Origin: Syntrophales bacterium
GTDB lineage: Bacteria > Desulfobacterota > Syntrophia > Syntrophales > UBA2210
DNA length: 64,000 nucleotides
Assembly (NCBI GenBank): GCA_963662405.2
Contig: CAXXKT010000001.1
Coordinates: forward strand, 416,001-480,000
Direction: 5' to 3'
Shown here piece after piece: positions 1 to 10,948 of this stretch (the first letter of the stretch is position 1; each line of letters opens with the position of its first letter). The translations under genes and the position numbers were made by a program. A model generated the notes under the pieces. That model worked only from the letters and a program-made list of their open reading frames with translations. It was not told the DNA's origin and made no database searches.

Positions 1-1424
1 CCAGCCGAACGATCTCTTCTAGTTCCGCTTCGTGCTGGAGCGTAATAAGGGCATTGTTGCGTATCTCATCGTAGTCGGGGCTGATCTTACTCCACCATGC
101 ATCCACTGCGTCGGTATAGAGGCTGTAGCTCTGGAGCCAGTTGATGGTCGGGAAATGTCTCTTGTTGGCGAGGGCGACATCCAGCGAATAGAGGACATCG
201 ACGATTCTGAGTGTCGCCTGGGTGACCGGTTCGCTAAAGTCAGCACCGGGAGGACTGACGGAGCCGATCACCGTCGCGGATCCCATCCGCTGGGGATTCC
301 CTACACATTCGACCCTTCCGGACCGCTCGTAGAAGGCGGAGAGACGGGAGCCCAGGTAGGTGGGAAATCCCTCCTCCCCCGGGGTCTCCTCGAGCCGTGC
401 GCCGATCTCTCGCATCGCCTCCGCCCATCGGGATGTCGAATCGGCAACGAGGAGGACATCGTACCCCATATCCCGGAAGTATTCGGCCATGGTAATCCCG
501 ATGAAGATACTGATCTCCCGCGCGACGACGGGCATGTTCGACGTATTGGCGATGAATATCTCCTTCTCCTGGAGGAGCCGGTCCGTGGCGGGGTCTTTCA
601 GCTTCTTGAAGCTGTGGAGGACATCCGCCATCTCGTTCCCCCGTTCACCACATCCGACGTAGATATTCAGCTGTGTCTGGGACCATCGGGCCATCTGCTG
701 GAGGGTAACGGTCTTGCCCGTCCCGAACCCTCCGGGGATGGCGGCCTTTCCTCCCAGTGCCAAGGGGAAGAGGTAGTCGATGATCCGCGTCCCGGTCACC
801 AGGAGGTCTTCGGGATCGAACCGCTGTTTATATATCCGGGGTTTTCGAGCCGGCCACTTCTGCATGAGGGTGAGGGGCTTCTTTTCACCATCGTGTTCCA
901 GAACGGCAACGGTCTCTTCAATAGTAAAGTCCCCTTCCTTTATCTCGAGGATAGTCCCCTGCATGCCGATCGGTACCATGATCTTGTGCTCGATCAACCC
1001 TGTTTCGGGAACCGACCCGATAATGTCCCCTTCCTGAATGGTGTCGCCCTCTTTCACGGAAGGGGTGAAATGCCATTTCTTTTCCCGGTCGAGGGCATGG
1101 GTCCGTACCCCCCGTACCAGAAAATCGCCGATGTCGTCCATCATGGTGACGAGGGATCGCTGAACACCATCATAGATGTTCCCGACAAGACCGGGTCCCA
1201 ATTCCACCATGAGGATATTGCCCGTTCCGGTCACCGGTTCCCCGACCTTGAGCCCGACAGTATCCTCATATACCTGGATGACCGCCTTGTCCCTCTCAAG
1301 ACCGATAATCTCCCCCGTGAGCCGTTCGTCCCCCACATCGACGACCTCGTATACCTGAGATCCCCTCATATCCTCGGCGATTACGACAGGCCCCGAAATT
1401 TTCCAGATCTTCCCCATAGGTCAT
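1..1424 (-). CDS. ntpA: V/A-type ATP synthase subunit A (operon 1), runs off the window edge
   Basis: Manual translation of the minus strand: [28 protein letters not shown]..., Walker [13 protein letters not shown]; no stop before position 1, so it is absent from the ORF track. Confidence 0.95.
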
Positions 1425-1471
1425 GCCTCACTTTGGTAGTATGGTTGGTCTGAATCCCAACGGTTTTCTCA

Positions 1472-1819
1472 TCAGATGTTTACGTTAAACCCGATCAGTT
1501 TTTTGGTATATGTCTTATAGTATTCCTTGACATCCTGTTCTTCCGTCTTGAACCCCGGTGGAATCCCAATCAAAATGGCGGAGGTGCGCTTGCTCTCTTG
1601 CAGATAGGTGATCGTATCGGCAACTTTTCTGCTCCAGCCTTCCGGCATCATGATGACACCGATGGAGCTATCTCCCGCGACTTCCGTCAGGACCTCCCTG
1701 AGTTTTTCAGGAGTAGCCTCTTTATCATCTATAATCCGGCACTTTTCAACGCCGGCAAGCCTCATCAGGGCCGTCTGGTCCCTGTTCCCGATAACGGCTA
1801 CGGTTACCTGTTCATTCAT
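1472..1819 (-). CDS. V/A-type ATPase subunit F
   Basis: VAVIGNRD..LMRLAGV N-terminus typical of subunit F; operon position. Confidence 0.9.
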   Translation of the reverse strand: MNEQVTVAVIGNRDQTALMRLAGVEKCRIIDDKEATPEKLREVLTEVAGDSSIGVIMMPEGWSRKVADTITYLQESKRTSAILIGIPPGFKTEEQDVKEYYKTYTKKLIGFNVNI

Positions 1820-2853
1820 GCCGCGATCACCAGTTCCTTTATCTCTGTTGGGGGTATCCCGTCTGCAAGCATCTTAAATATCAACCTGAGGTTTCGTATC
1901 TCCAGTTCCTTTATCAGGAGATACCACAGCATATTGGCGGTCGACAGGATCCGGGGAGAGAGGAGATCCTTGAGCATTCTGAACCGGTGTTTCTCCGTTA
2001 TCCGGTCAATTACCTTGATTTCCGTATCCTTTTCAAACGCCTTGGCTATCTCTTGTGCCAAAAGGTGATAGCCGGTGTTTTCTACTCGTCCCGTTATTTC
2101 GCCTATTTTGAGTATAAACAGTTCCTGCACAACCCCTTCGGAAAGCATACGACCGCCCCCGAGAACGGGCATCCCTGCGGCCTGCCCCCCTGCAAGAGAA
2201 ACCCGAAAGACCGTCCGGAGATTCTCCAGATCAATATTGGTCTGGAAGGCCTGCGCGAGGAGATACCCATCGCCCATCCCCCTGAATGCCTCCAAGACTT
2301 TTTGATGATAGAGGTTTTGCATGGCAGTCTCTGCTTCGGTAATAGACTGCGCATCTTTTTCGTCCATCCCTTCGAGGACCCGGTTATAGTCCCCCAGATT
2401 GCACCGGTTAAGGATCGTGTAGATTTCTTCCTTTTCTTTCACGGTCGCAAGCTCTTGCAGGAATCCAGCATTGTGGATGGCACCCAGAGGGAGCATTGAC
2501 GAGGGTACCCGTTTCAAGAGTATCCGTAAGGCGACTTTGATGTTCATGACATCATACTTCTCGGCATACAGACACGCTATGCGTGACATATCCGGGGGTG
2601 TGTTGAAACTCTCAAGACGCCCCAGGCATTCTCCCAAGTACAACCACAGATATTCGTCGGCGTCATCGAAGGTTGGGATCGGCCGGTCAAGCAGGTATGC
2701 CCCGACATCGGTATCGTCGATCATCTCCAGTGCATCCTGCATGGTGGCGGATCGCTGCAACATCTCGCCAATCTGTTCCGAGGATACCGATCGGGACTCC
2801 TCCCCCTTGAGATAAGCCGCCATGAATGAGTATCGTGTGTTTATCAGGTTCAC
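1816..2853 (-). CDS. ntpC: V/A-type ATPase subunit C (d)
   Basis: 345 aa; YDVMNIK and KELEIRNLRLI motifs; position between E and F. Confidence 0.9.
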   Translation of the reverse strand: MNLINTRYSFMAAYLKGEESRSVSSEQIGEMLQRSATMQDALEMIDDTDVGAYLLDRPIPTFDDADEYLWLYLGECLGRLESFNTPPDMSRIACLYAEKYDVMNIKVALRILLKRVPSSMLPLGAIHNAGFLQELATVKEKEEIYTILNRCNLGDYNRVLEGMDEKDAQSITEAETAMQNLYHQKVLEAFRGMGDGYLLAQAFQTNIDLENLRTVFRVSLAGGQAAGMPVLGGGRMLSEGVVQELFILKIGEITGRVENTGYHLLAQEIAKAFEKDTEIKVIDRITEKHRFRMLKDLLSPRILSTANMLWYLLIKELEIRNLRLIFKMLADGIPPTEIKELVIAA

Positions 2854-3446
2854 TGTCTGGTCTCTCCAAAGAGTTTTTTTCCCAGTTCGGGCATAATTTT
2901 CGGCATCAGCATCCCCATCCTCACCTCGAACGAATTGTCGATGCTGACCATACCATCCGTTGATTCAACGATAATTCCCCCGAGGCAGTCATGTTCTACG
3001 ACCTCCTCTATCTGTCTGCTCAGATCATCGTCATGCTGGACGGCCTTGTTGACGGTATCGATATCCCGTGGAGAAGCGAGGATTCTGAGCTTTTCATCCG
3101 ACTCAAAAGCCACCACGGCCTCCTTGATCAGGACGGCCAAGGCCGTTTCATCGGTTAGTTCCCGGGCAAGAGTCTCATTCGTTTTTGCTACGATCTCGTT
3201 GATGACCTCATCCTGCTCCTTGAGAATCTCCTGCCGCGCCTTGAGAGAGGATTGCGCCAGTATCCTTGCTGCCTCACGCTGTGCCTCCGACAAGATCCGA
3301 AGCTTCTCCTCTTCGAAGCGCTTCTCTTTCTGCTGCTCCGCGTGAGCCATGAGGTCCTTGGCCTTTGTCTTGGCGTTGGCCACAATCTCCTGGGCCTCTT
3401 TTTGCGCCTTATCAAGTATGGTCGCTCTAATCTTATCTGTTTCCAT
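2850..3446 (-). CDS. ntpE: V/A-type ATPase subunit E
   Basis: N-terminal coiled coil and C-terminal LGGIIVES..DNSFE motif; start taken at METDK. Confidence 0.9.
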   Translation of the reverse strand: METDKIRATILDKAQKEAQEIVANAKTKAKDLMAHAEQQKEKRFEEEKLRILSEAQREAARILAQSSLKARQEILKEQDEVINEIVAKTNETLARELTDETALAVLIKEAVVAFESDEKLRILASPRDIDTVNKAVQHDDDLSRQIEEVVEHDCLGGIIVESTDGMVSIDNSFEVRMGMLMPKIMPELGKKLFGETRQ

Positions 3447-3459
3447 ACCGTTCACCCTT

Positions 3460-3933
3460 TCACATAAGCTTGAGGATGCTGAGTGCCATGATGGTAAAGA
3501 CCAGACCGAGAACACCGATCAACTCCACGAAAACAGCGAGCATCATAGAGGCGGTCAGGATCCGTCCCTTGGTCTTAGGAAGAAGCGCAATCCCTGAGGC
3601 ACACACCGACCCTTGGAATATTGCTGAGGCAAACTCGGCGAATCCGGCCATGATGCCGATCCCCAGCACCATGATCCCGGCACCGACACCGGCGAGGGCG
3701 GCGATCTTCGGAAGGACCACCGTGAGGATGATAATCAGGATGATAAGACCGTAAAAGCTCTGTGTCATGGGGAGAGATGCCAGGACGATCACGTTTCGGA
3801 GCTGTCCCGGTTCCTCCGACAGAGTAGCCACCCCGGACGAGGCGGCATTGGCGATTCCTATAGCCGATCCTGCAAGTCCCCCCGCGAGCGCCATCGCACC
3901 ACCAAATGTAGCCAAGGCTTGAATCAACGTCAT
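3460..3933 (-). CDS. ntpK: V/A-type ATPase rotor subunit K, 4-TM duplicated type with Na+-site signature
   Basis: 157 aa; LPMTQSFYG / AIFQG / FVELIG motifs. Confidence 0.92.
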   Translation of the reverse strand: MTLIQALATFGGAMALAGGLAGSAIGIANAASSGVATLSEEPGQLRNVIVLASLPMTQSFYGLIILIIILTVVLPKIAALAGVGAGIMVLGIGIMAGFAEFASAIFQGSVCASGIALLPKTKGRILTASMMLAVFVELIGVLGLVFTIMALSILKLM

Positions 3934-3947
3934 CTCTTCACCTCTCT

Positions 3948-5951
3948 CTAAAATTTTTTGCCTACAATTGTCTCTCTTCTCACGCTCAGATGAAACGGAT
4001 TGTATTCCTTTCCGCCCCCCTCATAGAATTTCAGCAGAAATTCCACAAAGCAGAGCCTGAGAGAGTGTATAAATGCCGCAAGACTGCTGAGGAACAGATT
4101 GAATATATGGAAGATGAGCAGCATGATCATCCCGATCACAAAAGCCAGGATACCTCCCAACACACCGGGCATGAAAGAGGAGATCGTAGAAGAAACCCAG
4201 TCGGAAAGCAGGTTAAAGGAAGACGCAAGATAGAAGGTGGCAAGGCCGACCCCGGCCAACCGTGAGTACGACATGATATCTCCCAGGATGCCGGTGAGAT
4301 CGAAGATCCAGAACACACTCCCCAATCCCCCCATCTGCATGAATGCTCCGACGACAATCAGCACCAGACCCACAAGCATCGGATAGGCCAACGATCCATA
4401 CACTCCGGGGGCCAGCGGAAGCAATTCAATGGTTAGCATTACTTTGAACAGGTAAGGAATACCGAAGATCTCCAGCAGGAATAACCCTGCCTTGCTGACC
4501 ACAATTCCCCAATCCCCTTCCTTAACTCCCTTAACTAAACCGAGAAGATGAGCGAGATTCACGTGTATCAGACCGATTATCAGTGAAAGCGTGATAAAGG
4601 AAATGGGGTCTGAGAGTTGTTTCTGAACCCAGCGCACCAGGGCGAGTGATACGAGGTCTATCTCGAAATACATCTGAAGGAAATCACCCAGATAGGTCCC
4701 CGAAAGGAGACCGAAGACAAGAGCGACCCCTCCACTGATGTACAATACTTTACGAAACAGATCGGTCCCTTCGGTCGTGGGATCGTCGACGAGTTTATCA
4801 AGGATAAAGCGGGCGAGAATCAGCAGGCCCAGCGCGTAGACGACGTCACAGAGCATGAGACCGAAGAAAAAGGCAAAAAAGTAGGCAACACTCGGCGTCG
4901 GGTCCCATCCCCCGTACTTGGGCAAACTAAAGAGATTGACAATCACCTCGAAGGGCTTGATGGGCCGCGGATTCTGGAGCTGCGTCGGGGGCTCATCGGA
5001 AGGAACCGCATCGCGTGCATCGACAAAAGTATTCTCAAGGGATGCATGTATCTCCGATATAATGAAATCGGTTTTGCTCTGGGGAACCCATCCTTCAATC
5101 AAAGCGACATAGTGGGTTTCCGCCATTCGCTCAATCGCGGACAGCATCTCATCCTCCAGGGAGACCGTCTCCCTGTACAGGGCGATCCGTTCCAGATTCT
5201 CGGAGGTAATCGTTTCTATCTCCTTCTCGAGGGCGTCGATCTCTCCTTTTTTATCTTCAATGATATCATTCTTTTTTATAATGAATTCCCTCAGGGTGAC
5301 ATCTTCCGGAGGAACATCCAGAGGCAGAGACCCGAGGTCTCGCGCCACCGCCTCTACCAGATTCTGCTCGGTAGTTCTGGCAATAGTATAGACCACCGTT
5401 TCCTCTTCAGAAGAAGCGATAACCTTTTGAATGATATGCTCACCGGTCTTTTCCAGGAATGCCTTGGCTGCCGGCAGCGGAAACACGAATACCCTGGCTG
5501 AAAGATAACCACCCGAGTAGTATAGATCTCTTAAGGGGAGATTGATCTCTTGTGCGAGGATATCCAGGTACCTCGCCAGTCCATTCATGGTAGCGATATC
5601 GGTTTCCAGCTTTATAGCATTCTCGCGGAGGCGGGTACACTGGTCGCGCAATCTATCGGTCCGGTACAGGATTGTGTCAAGTGGCTCAGCTGCCCTCTCT
5701 TCCGGTATGAGGACTTTATGCTCGCCCCTGATATACGATAGGATATCGTTAATATTGACGGTTATTTTTCGTATAAGATTTCTTTTTGCTTCGACTGCGG
5801 CTAAATCGGCGGGGTTCAGTTCCTGGGGTTCTTCGATATGGAGGACGCCAATTTCCTGCAAACGTTCCAAGGTCTCTTGAGAAGCATCTTTGGCGGTTAC
5901 CACTCTGACCTTGGACATTACTTCAGGTGTATTGATAAGCAATGGGATCAT
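3948..5951 (-). CDS. ntpI: V/A-type ATPase subunit I (a)
   Basis: DPTP, SYSRL and HSLRLCFVEF motifs. Confidence 0.95.
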   Translation of the reverse strand: MIPLLINTPEVMSKVRVVTAKDASQETLERLQEIGVLHIEEPQELNPADLAAVEAKRNLIRKITVNINDILSYIRGEHKVLIPEERAAEPLDTILYRTDRLRDQCTRLRENAIKLETDIATMNGLARYLDILAQEINLPLRDLYYSGGYLSARVFVFPLPAAKAFLEKTGEHIIQKVIASSEEETVVYTIARTTEQNLVEAVARDLGSLPLDVPPEDVTLREFIIKKNDIIEDKKGEIDALEKEIETITSENLERIALYRETVSLEDEMLSAIERMAETHYVALIEGWVPQSKTDFIISEIHASLENTFVDARDAVPSDEPPTQLQNPRPIKPFEVIVNLFSLPKYGGWDPTPSVAYFFAFFFGLMLCDVVYALGLLILARFILDKLVDDPTTEGTDLFRKVLYISGGVALVFGLLSGTYLGDFLQMYFEIDLVSLALVRWVQKQLSDPISFITLSLIIGLIHVNLAHLLGLVKGVKEGDWGIVVSKAGLFLLEIFGIPYLFKVMLTIELLPLAPGVYGSLAYPMLVGLVLIVVGAFMQMGGLGSVFWIFDLTGILGDIMSYSRLAGVGLATFYLASSFNLLSDWVSSTISSFMPGVLGGILAFVIGMIMLLIFHIFNLFLSSLAAFIHSLRLCFVEFLLKFYEGGGKEYNPFHLSVRRETIVGKKF

Positions 5952-6125
5952 CCGGTTTCCTCCATTCGAGCAAGAATTGCTGGCTAAGAAAAACCTACTC
6001 TGATAATCCAGTTTCCCTCATAGCATTACCGTTGGAGAGGTGGTTTTAAGGCATAGTGTGAAAATCCTCCTTTGCGAGAATATGTAAATTCCTTATATGG
6101 AATTTTGGAAAAAACCGTTTGAAGC

Positions 6126-6155
6126 ATCTTAATTGCACGTCATATCAGTTGTCAA
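6126..6155 (-). promoter_or_regulatory. Putative sigma70 promoter for ATPase operon 1
   Basis: TTGACA-N18-TAAGAT on the minus strand in the divergent intergenic region. Confidence 0.4.
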
Positions 6156-6448
6156 GGACAAAATTCTTTTTTCTAACAAAGTGATTGACAAAAGCCCTGT
6201 TTGTCCCTCATTATAGAGTCAAGCATATGTGGAGTGGTTTCCGATAGGAGTCGGTTGTGCTTCACTTTTTACGGAAATGTTCTTTTCGAGGCGCTTGAAT
6301 TGTTTTCAAACGGAAATTGTGTCTACGACGGCGTTTACGAAAGGCCCTCTTCAAGTTCGTATAGCCCGCATTCTCCCTATCAACCTCAGGAGCGCGGTCT
6401 GCAATCCAAGCATTAACCTTTTACCCTATGACGTAAAGGAGGACTGCC

Positions 6449-6658
6449 ATGACTGACAGCGTTTACAAGATTATAGAGTTGGTAGGAACCAGCACCGTGT
6501 CATGGGAAGATGCTGCCAAGAATGCCGTGGAAACGGCCAGCTCAACCCTTCACGATCTGCGGATCGCAGAAGTCACCCGGCTCGACATGACCCTCGAAGA
6601 CGGAAAGGTCAAACAGTACCGGGCACGGGTCCGCGTATCGTTCCGGCTGGAAGATTAA
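6449..6658 (+). CDS. Dodecin family flavin-binding protein
   Basis: 69 aa; VYKIIELVGTS..SWEDAA..YRARVRVSF; SD AGGAGG. Confidence 0.92.
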   Translation: MTDSVYKIIELVGTSTVSWEDAAKNAVETASSTLHDLRIAEVTRLDMTLEDGKVKQYRARVRVSFRLED

Positions 6659-6690
6659 TCTATCTTTTTAAACACATCGAAATCACCCTT

Positions 6691-6720
6691 TCGTGTTTGC
6701 CCCTGCAGGGGTAAACGCGA
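6691..6720. repeat. Stable palindromic hairpin between dodecin and USP genes
   Basis: TCGTGTTTGCCCC-TGCA-GGGGTAAACGCGA; no U-tract. Confidence 0.6.
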
Positions 6721-6847
6721 GGCGGAGGTGTGTCTCGGAAGGGAGAACCTGCAACCATGACGGAACCATGAGGGATGGGAATCCGGTATCTCTGATCTGA
6801 ACCTTAGTATATCAGAGCGACTGCCGGAGAGCGGAAAGGAGGGAGCC

Positions 6848-7777
6848 ATGTACCAATTCAAACATGTTACGGTAGGGCTCGCACTGGGTGAGCAGGACAA
6901 GACAAAAATCCAGTATGCGGGACTGGTCAGTTGGCTGGCCTCATCGGAACGGATCACCTTCTCCCACATTGTCAGCCGTGACAAGTTGCCGGAGAAGACA
7001 GGCGCCGACGTTCCCGCATCTATCGAAAAAAAGGCGAGAAGCCGGATGCAGGAGCTGGTCGAGCAATACTATGATGGTCCTCCCGCCACACAACTTGATT
7101 ACGATATAATTCCGGAATCGCCGCTGGTGGAAATCGAGATTCTCCGGAGATTACGGGAGCAAGAGGCCGATCTTATCATCCTCGGGAAGATCAGCAGTGA
7201 ATTTAACGGGGTGGAAACAGTCCCCGTCAGCATCTCGCGGAAGGCGGCCTGTTCGACCTTGTATGTCCCCCAAGAGGCCGAACCCCGGACAAACCGTCCC
7301 GAAGAGATCACTATCCTCGTTCCCGTCGATTTCTCCGAAAACGCGGCGGATGCCATGAGACTGGCAATCGACTTTGCCGTCGCCCATGAGATACCGAGTA
7401 TCTACTGTGTGCATGTCTACGATGTGCCCCTGGGATACTACAAGCGGGGGAAAGAATACGAAGAATTCGCCGAGATCATGGAGAAAAACGCGGAAAAGAA
7501 ATGTCAGGAATTCATCAAAGATATCAATTTCAAAGGGATCTATCTCAATCCGATCATCGTGAGGATCCACAAGAAGCCATACGAAACGATCGCCCAGACC
7601 GTGGAGGAGTACGGCATCGATCTGGTCATCATCGGGTCGAGAGGTAAAAAGGCCGCCGCGCGGTTCCTGCTGGACAGCGTGACGGAGCAACTCATCCGGA
7701 CGACAGCGGCGCCGCTCCTTTCTTACAAGAGAAAGGACAAGGACATGAGTCTCTTCGAGGCACTCCTGCGGTTATAG
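6848..7777 (+). CDS. Universal stress protein, tandem domains
   Basis: ILVPVDFSENA and DLVIIGSRG..LLDSVTEQLIR motifs. Confidence 0.88.
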   Translation: MYQFKHVTVGLALGEQDKTKIQYAGLVSWLASSERITFSHIVSRDKLPEKTGADVPASIEKKARSRMQELVEQYYDGPPATQLDYDIIPESPLVEIEILRRLREQEADLIILGKISSEFNGVETVPVSISRKAACSTLYVPQEAEPRTNRPEEITILVPVDFSENAADAMRLAIDFAVAHEIPSIYCVHVYDVPLGYYKRGKEYEEFAEIMEKNAEKKCQEFIKDINFKGIYLNPIIVRIHKKPYETIAQTVEEYGIDLVIIGSRGKKAAARFLLDSVTEQLIRTTAAPLLSYKRKDKDMSLFEALLRL

Positions 7778-7801
7778 GGGGCCATCGACAGGAGAACCGG
7801 T

Positions 7802-8110
7802 ATGGACGATACGATCACCCGTATCATGGAGATCGAGAAACGGTGCGCCGACGAGATCGAAGGGGCTCAGCAGGCGTCACGGCGGACGATCGAGGAGCAC
7901 CGGAAGGCCGTCGAGAAAGGGAAGGCGGAAGAGAACACCCGGATTGCCGGAGAGAATGAGGCTCGGCTGAAGGAGACGGTCGCGGAGGAACAGAAAAAGA
8001 TCGAAGCGGCATTTCACGAGGCGGAGGGCGATCTGGAGGAGCTCTTTCGGGATACATCATTAAAACGGGAGATACGGGAACGGATCGTCTCCATCCTGCT
8101 GGCGGATTGA
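7802..8110 (+). CDS. V/A-type ATPase subunit G/H-like (operon 2)
   Basis: 102-aa coiled coil at the head of the operon. Confidence 0.65.
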   Translation: MDDTITRIMEIEKRCADEIEGAQQASRRTIEEHRKAVEKGKAEENTRIAGENEARLKETVAEEQKKIEAAFHEAEGDLEELFRDTSLKREIRERIVSILLAD

Positions 8111-8116
8111 AAAACC

Positions 8117-9046
8117 ATGAGATACTATGCGGACGACAGCTACCTCCACGCGAGGATTTACGCCATGAGGAGCCGTCTCATCCCATCCGACGGGTACGCC
8201 CCGCTCCAGCGGGAGTACGAGGCCTCATATGCCGGCCCCCACGGGATGATCGAGGCAAAGGAGGGGACCTTCCGGGAGCAGATCGCCCCTATCATTCATT
8301 TGGCCGAGGCGACGGAGCGATACGCCCCCCTCTTTATCGCGTTTCTCCGCCGGTACGAGGCGAATAACGTGAAGCTCCTCCTGGCAAAGGCATTCGGGAG
8401 GCGATCCATCGAACAGTGGTACGATATCGGCCCCTACGCCACCCTCGATCGGGATCTCTTCGATGGTGATCCGGCCCCGGACGACCTGCAGGCGGCCCTG
8501 GCCGGGACCTACCTGGACGGGATATTCGAGGGAAGGGCAACCTACGAGCGGATCGAGGATCGCGTTGATATCCTCACCGCCCGGCACTTCTTTGACACGT
8601 CGGACGCCTTCCCCCCCGAGGGGCGGGAGGTCTTCCGGGATTTCATCCTCCGACGGCTCGCCGTCCTCATGGTCATCCGGCAGTGGCGGTTCCGGGTCAC
8701 TTACGGCTGGAGCGACGAGCGGATCTGGGCCTACCGGGACGAACTGGGAGCCCTCTTCGGGGAGACCGACTGGCCGCAGGTGAGGGAGCTCGTGGGGGTG
8801 CTCGTCCGGCGGCTCAGGGAGATGGGGGGGCAGACCCCGGGCCCGGCGGAGGCGGAGTCATTCCTCGAACGTTCCTATTACCGGTGGGTCGCGTCGATGT
8901 TTCACCGGGATTTCCACTCCGTCCACTGCGTGATGGCGTACCTGTGGCTCCTGGACTATCAGATACGGAACCTCTTGTGCATCATCGAGGGGATCAGGTT
9001 CGGCCTGTCCCCCGAGGCGATACTCGAAACGATCATCAGCGATTGA
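8117..9046 (+). CDS. V/A-type ATPase subunit C (operon 2)
   Basis: YLHARIYAMRSRL, YEANNVK and YQIRNL..IIEG motifs. Confidence 0.85.
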   Translation: MRYYADDSYLHARIYAMRSRLIPSDGYAPLQREYEASYAGPHGMIEAKEGTFREQIAPIIHLAEATERYAPLFIAFLRRYEANNVKLLLAKAFGRRSIEQWYDIGPYATLDRDLFDGDPAPDDLQAALAGTYLDGIFEGRATYERIEDRVDILTARHFFDTSDAFPPEGREVFRDFILRRLAVLMVIRQWRFRVTYGWSDERIWAYRDELGALFGETDWPQVRELVGVLVRRLREMGGQTPGPAEAESFLERSYYRWVASMFHRDFHSVHCVMAYLWLLDYQIRNLLCIIEGIRFGLSPEAILETIISD

Positions 9047-9054
9047 GGACGCCT

Positions 9055-10947
9055 ATGTTCGTCAAGTCCGATATCAGGAGGGTCTCCATCGCCCTCGAAC
9101 GGCGGTTCTACCACGAGGTCTACCGTGCTCTCGGCGAAGCGGGGATCATTCACCTGGCCCCCCCGCGGGACCGGGACGCCGTGATGGACGCGCCCCTGCG
9201 TGAGGAAGAGACACGGGTAAAAGAGATCCTCGCGGGGATCGAACATGCCTTGCAGACCCTTCATATCGAGCCGGGGGCGACCGCCGGGCACGCGATCGAT
9301 ACCGCTCGTGACGGGGCCTTCGCCTCGAAGGTGCAGCGGGAGCTTGAGCGCGTGGAACGGGTGCGTTCGCGGATTCATGAAACATTGGAAACGGCGGACC
9401 GGCGCGTGGAGTACCGCGCGGCCCTGGACCGGATGGGGATCGACCCGCCGGCCCTGCACGGGGCACGGCTGGTCCGGACGGTCTTCGGGACCGTGGCGGA
9501 GACCGAGTGGGAGCCGCCGACCGGCGAGCGATTCGTCGTTGCAAAGGCCAATAGCTACGTCTGCGGCGCCGCCCTTCCGGCAGATTTCCCCGCCATGCTT
9601 CAGTTTCTGAGGGGATACGGCTTTACGGACCATTCCAACGAGATCACCGGTATGTCCGTCACGGAACTGGAGTTTCGCGCGGAGACCCTGAAGGGGCGGC
9701 TCGCCACCCTCGATCGGTATCTGGTCAATCTGCGCAAGACGGTGGGGCCGACCCTGGCGGAGCTGTATGCCCCCTACCGGGAATACGGGGAGGTCTTCGC
9801 AGCGATGAAGCTCTCCCTCTTCTCCGCGAAGGCCCTTTTCATCGCGGGGTGGATGGACGCGAAGGACCGGGAGTGGCTCTTCGAGATCCTCCGGGGGATC
9901 TGCGGCGACCGCTTCATCGCCGTCGTCTCCGATCGGCGGGACCCCGATGCCCCGGTGCGCCTCATGAACAGCCGGCTCCTCAGGCCCTTCGAGCTCCTCG
10001 TGAAGACGATGGGGATGCCGGCGAACAGCGAGATCGACCCCACGCCCCTGACGGCCGTTACCTTCGTCGTCATGTTCGGCCTGATGTTCGGCGACCTCGG
10101 CCAGGGGATCGTCATCGCCCTCGGCGGCCTCCTCCTCCGGCGGATGGCGAAGATGCGAGGAGACCCGGAATCGACCATCGGCCAGGCCGGGGGGATCTTG
10201 GTCGCCTGCGGCCTCTCCGCCGCCGTCTGCGGCATCCTCTACGGCAGCGTCTTCTCGAACGAGCACCTCATCCCCGCGCTCCTCTTCCATCCCATCGAAA
10301 ATATCATGCCCCTCTTCGCCGTCACGATCCTTCTCGGGGTCCTCTTCATCAGCCTGGGACTCGGCGTCAACGTCCTCAACAACCTGATGAACGGGAACTA
10401 TACCGAGGCACTCCTCGAGAAGCGGGGGCTCGCCGTCTTCATCCTCTACGGCGCCGTCGTGATCCTTGCCGTGCGCTGCACCCTCACCGGGCAGGGACCC
10501 TCGCCGTGGGCGGTCGGCGCCTTCGTCCTCTTCCCCCTCGCGGTCTTCTCGCTCCGGGGCGTCCTCGGCCCGCTCCTTTTCAAGAGTCAAAAACCGCACA
10601 GCGCGGTCGAATACATCATCGAGACCTGCGTGGAGATCCTGGAGATCGGCCTGAGCATGCTGGCCAACACCGTCTCCTTCATCAGGGTCGGTGCCTTCGC
10701 CCTCTCCCACGCGGGTCTGAGCATCGTGACGTACACCCTCGCCGGGATCGTCGATCCGGCGATGCGCTCCGTGGGTGCCATCATTGTCATCATCGTGGGG
10801 AATGTCTTCATTATCGGCTTCGAATGCCTCATCTGTCTGATCCAGTCGATGCGGCTCGAGTACTACGAGTTCTTCAGCAAGTTTTTCAGGGGGGACGGGG
10901 TGGGCTTTGTCCCCTTCAGACTCAAGGCAACAAACCCGGAGGTGTAG
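9055..10947 (+). CDS. V/A-type ATPase subunit I (operon 2)
   Basis: EIDPTP, GLMFGDLGQG, SFIRVGAFALSH, QSMRLEYYEFF; start taken at MFVKS. Confidence 0.95.
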   Translation: MFVKSDIRRVSIALERRFYHEVYRALGEAGIIHLAPPRDRDAVMDAPLREEETRVKEILAGIEHALQTLHIEPGATAGHAIDTARDGAFASKVQRELERVERVRSRIHETLETADRRVEYRAALDRMGIDPPALHGARLVRTVFGTVAETEWEPPTGERFVVAKANSYVCGAALPADFPAMLQFLRGYGFTDHSNEITGMSVTELEFRAETLKGRLATLDRYLVNLRKTVGPTLAELYAPYREYGEVFAAMKLSLFSAKALFIAGWMDAKDREWLFEILRGICGDRFIAVVSDRRDPDAPVRLMNSRLLRPFELLVKTMGMPANSEIDPTPLTAVTFVVMFGLMFGDLGQGIVIALGGLLLRRMAKMRGDPESTIGQAGGILVACGLSAAVCGILYGSVFSNEHLIPALLFHPIENIMPLFAVTILLGVLFISLGLGVNVLNNLMNGNYTEALLEKRGLAVFILYGAVVILAVRCTLTGQGPSPWAVGAFVLFPLAVFSLRGVLGPLLFKSQKPHSAVEYIIETCVEILEIGLSMLANTVSFIRVGAFALSHAGLSIVTYTLAGIVDPAMRSVGAIIVIIVGNVFIIGFECLICLIQSMRLEYYEFFSKFFRGDGVGFVPFRLKATNPEV

Positions 10948-10948
10948 G

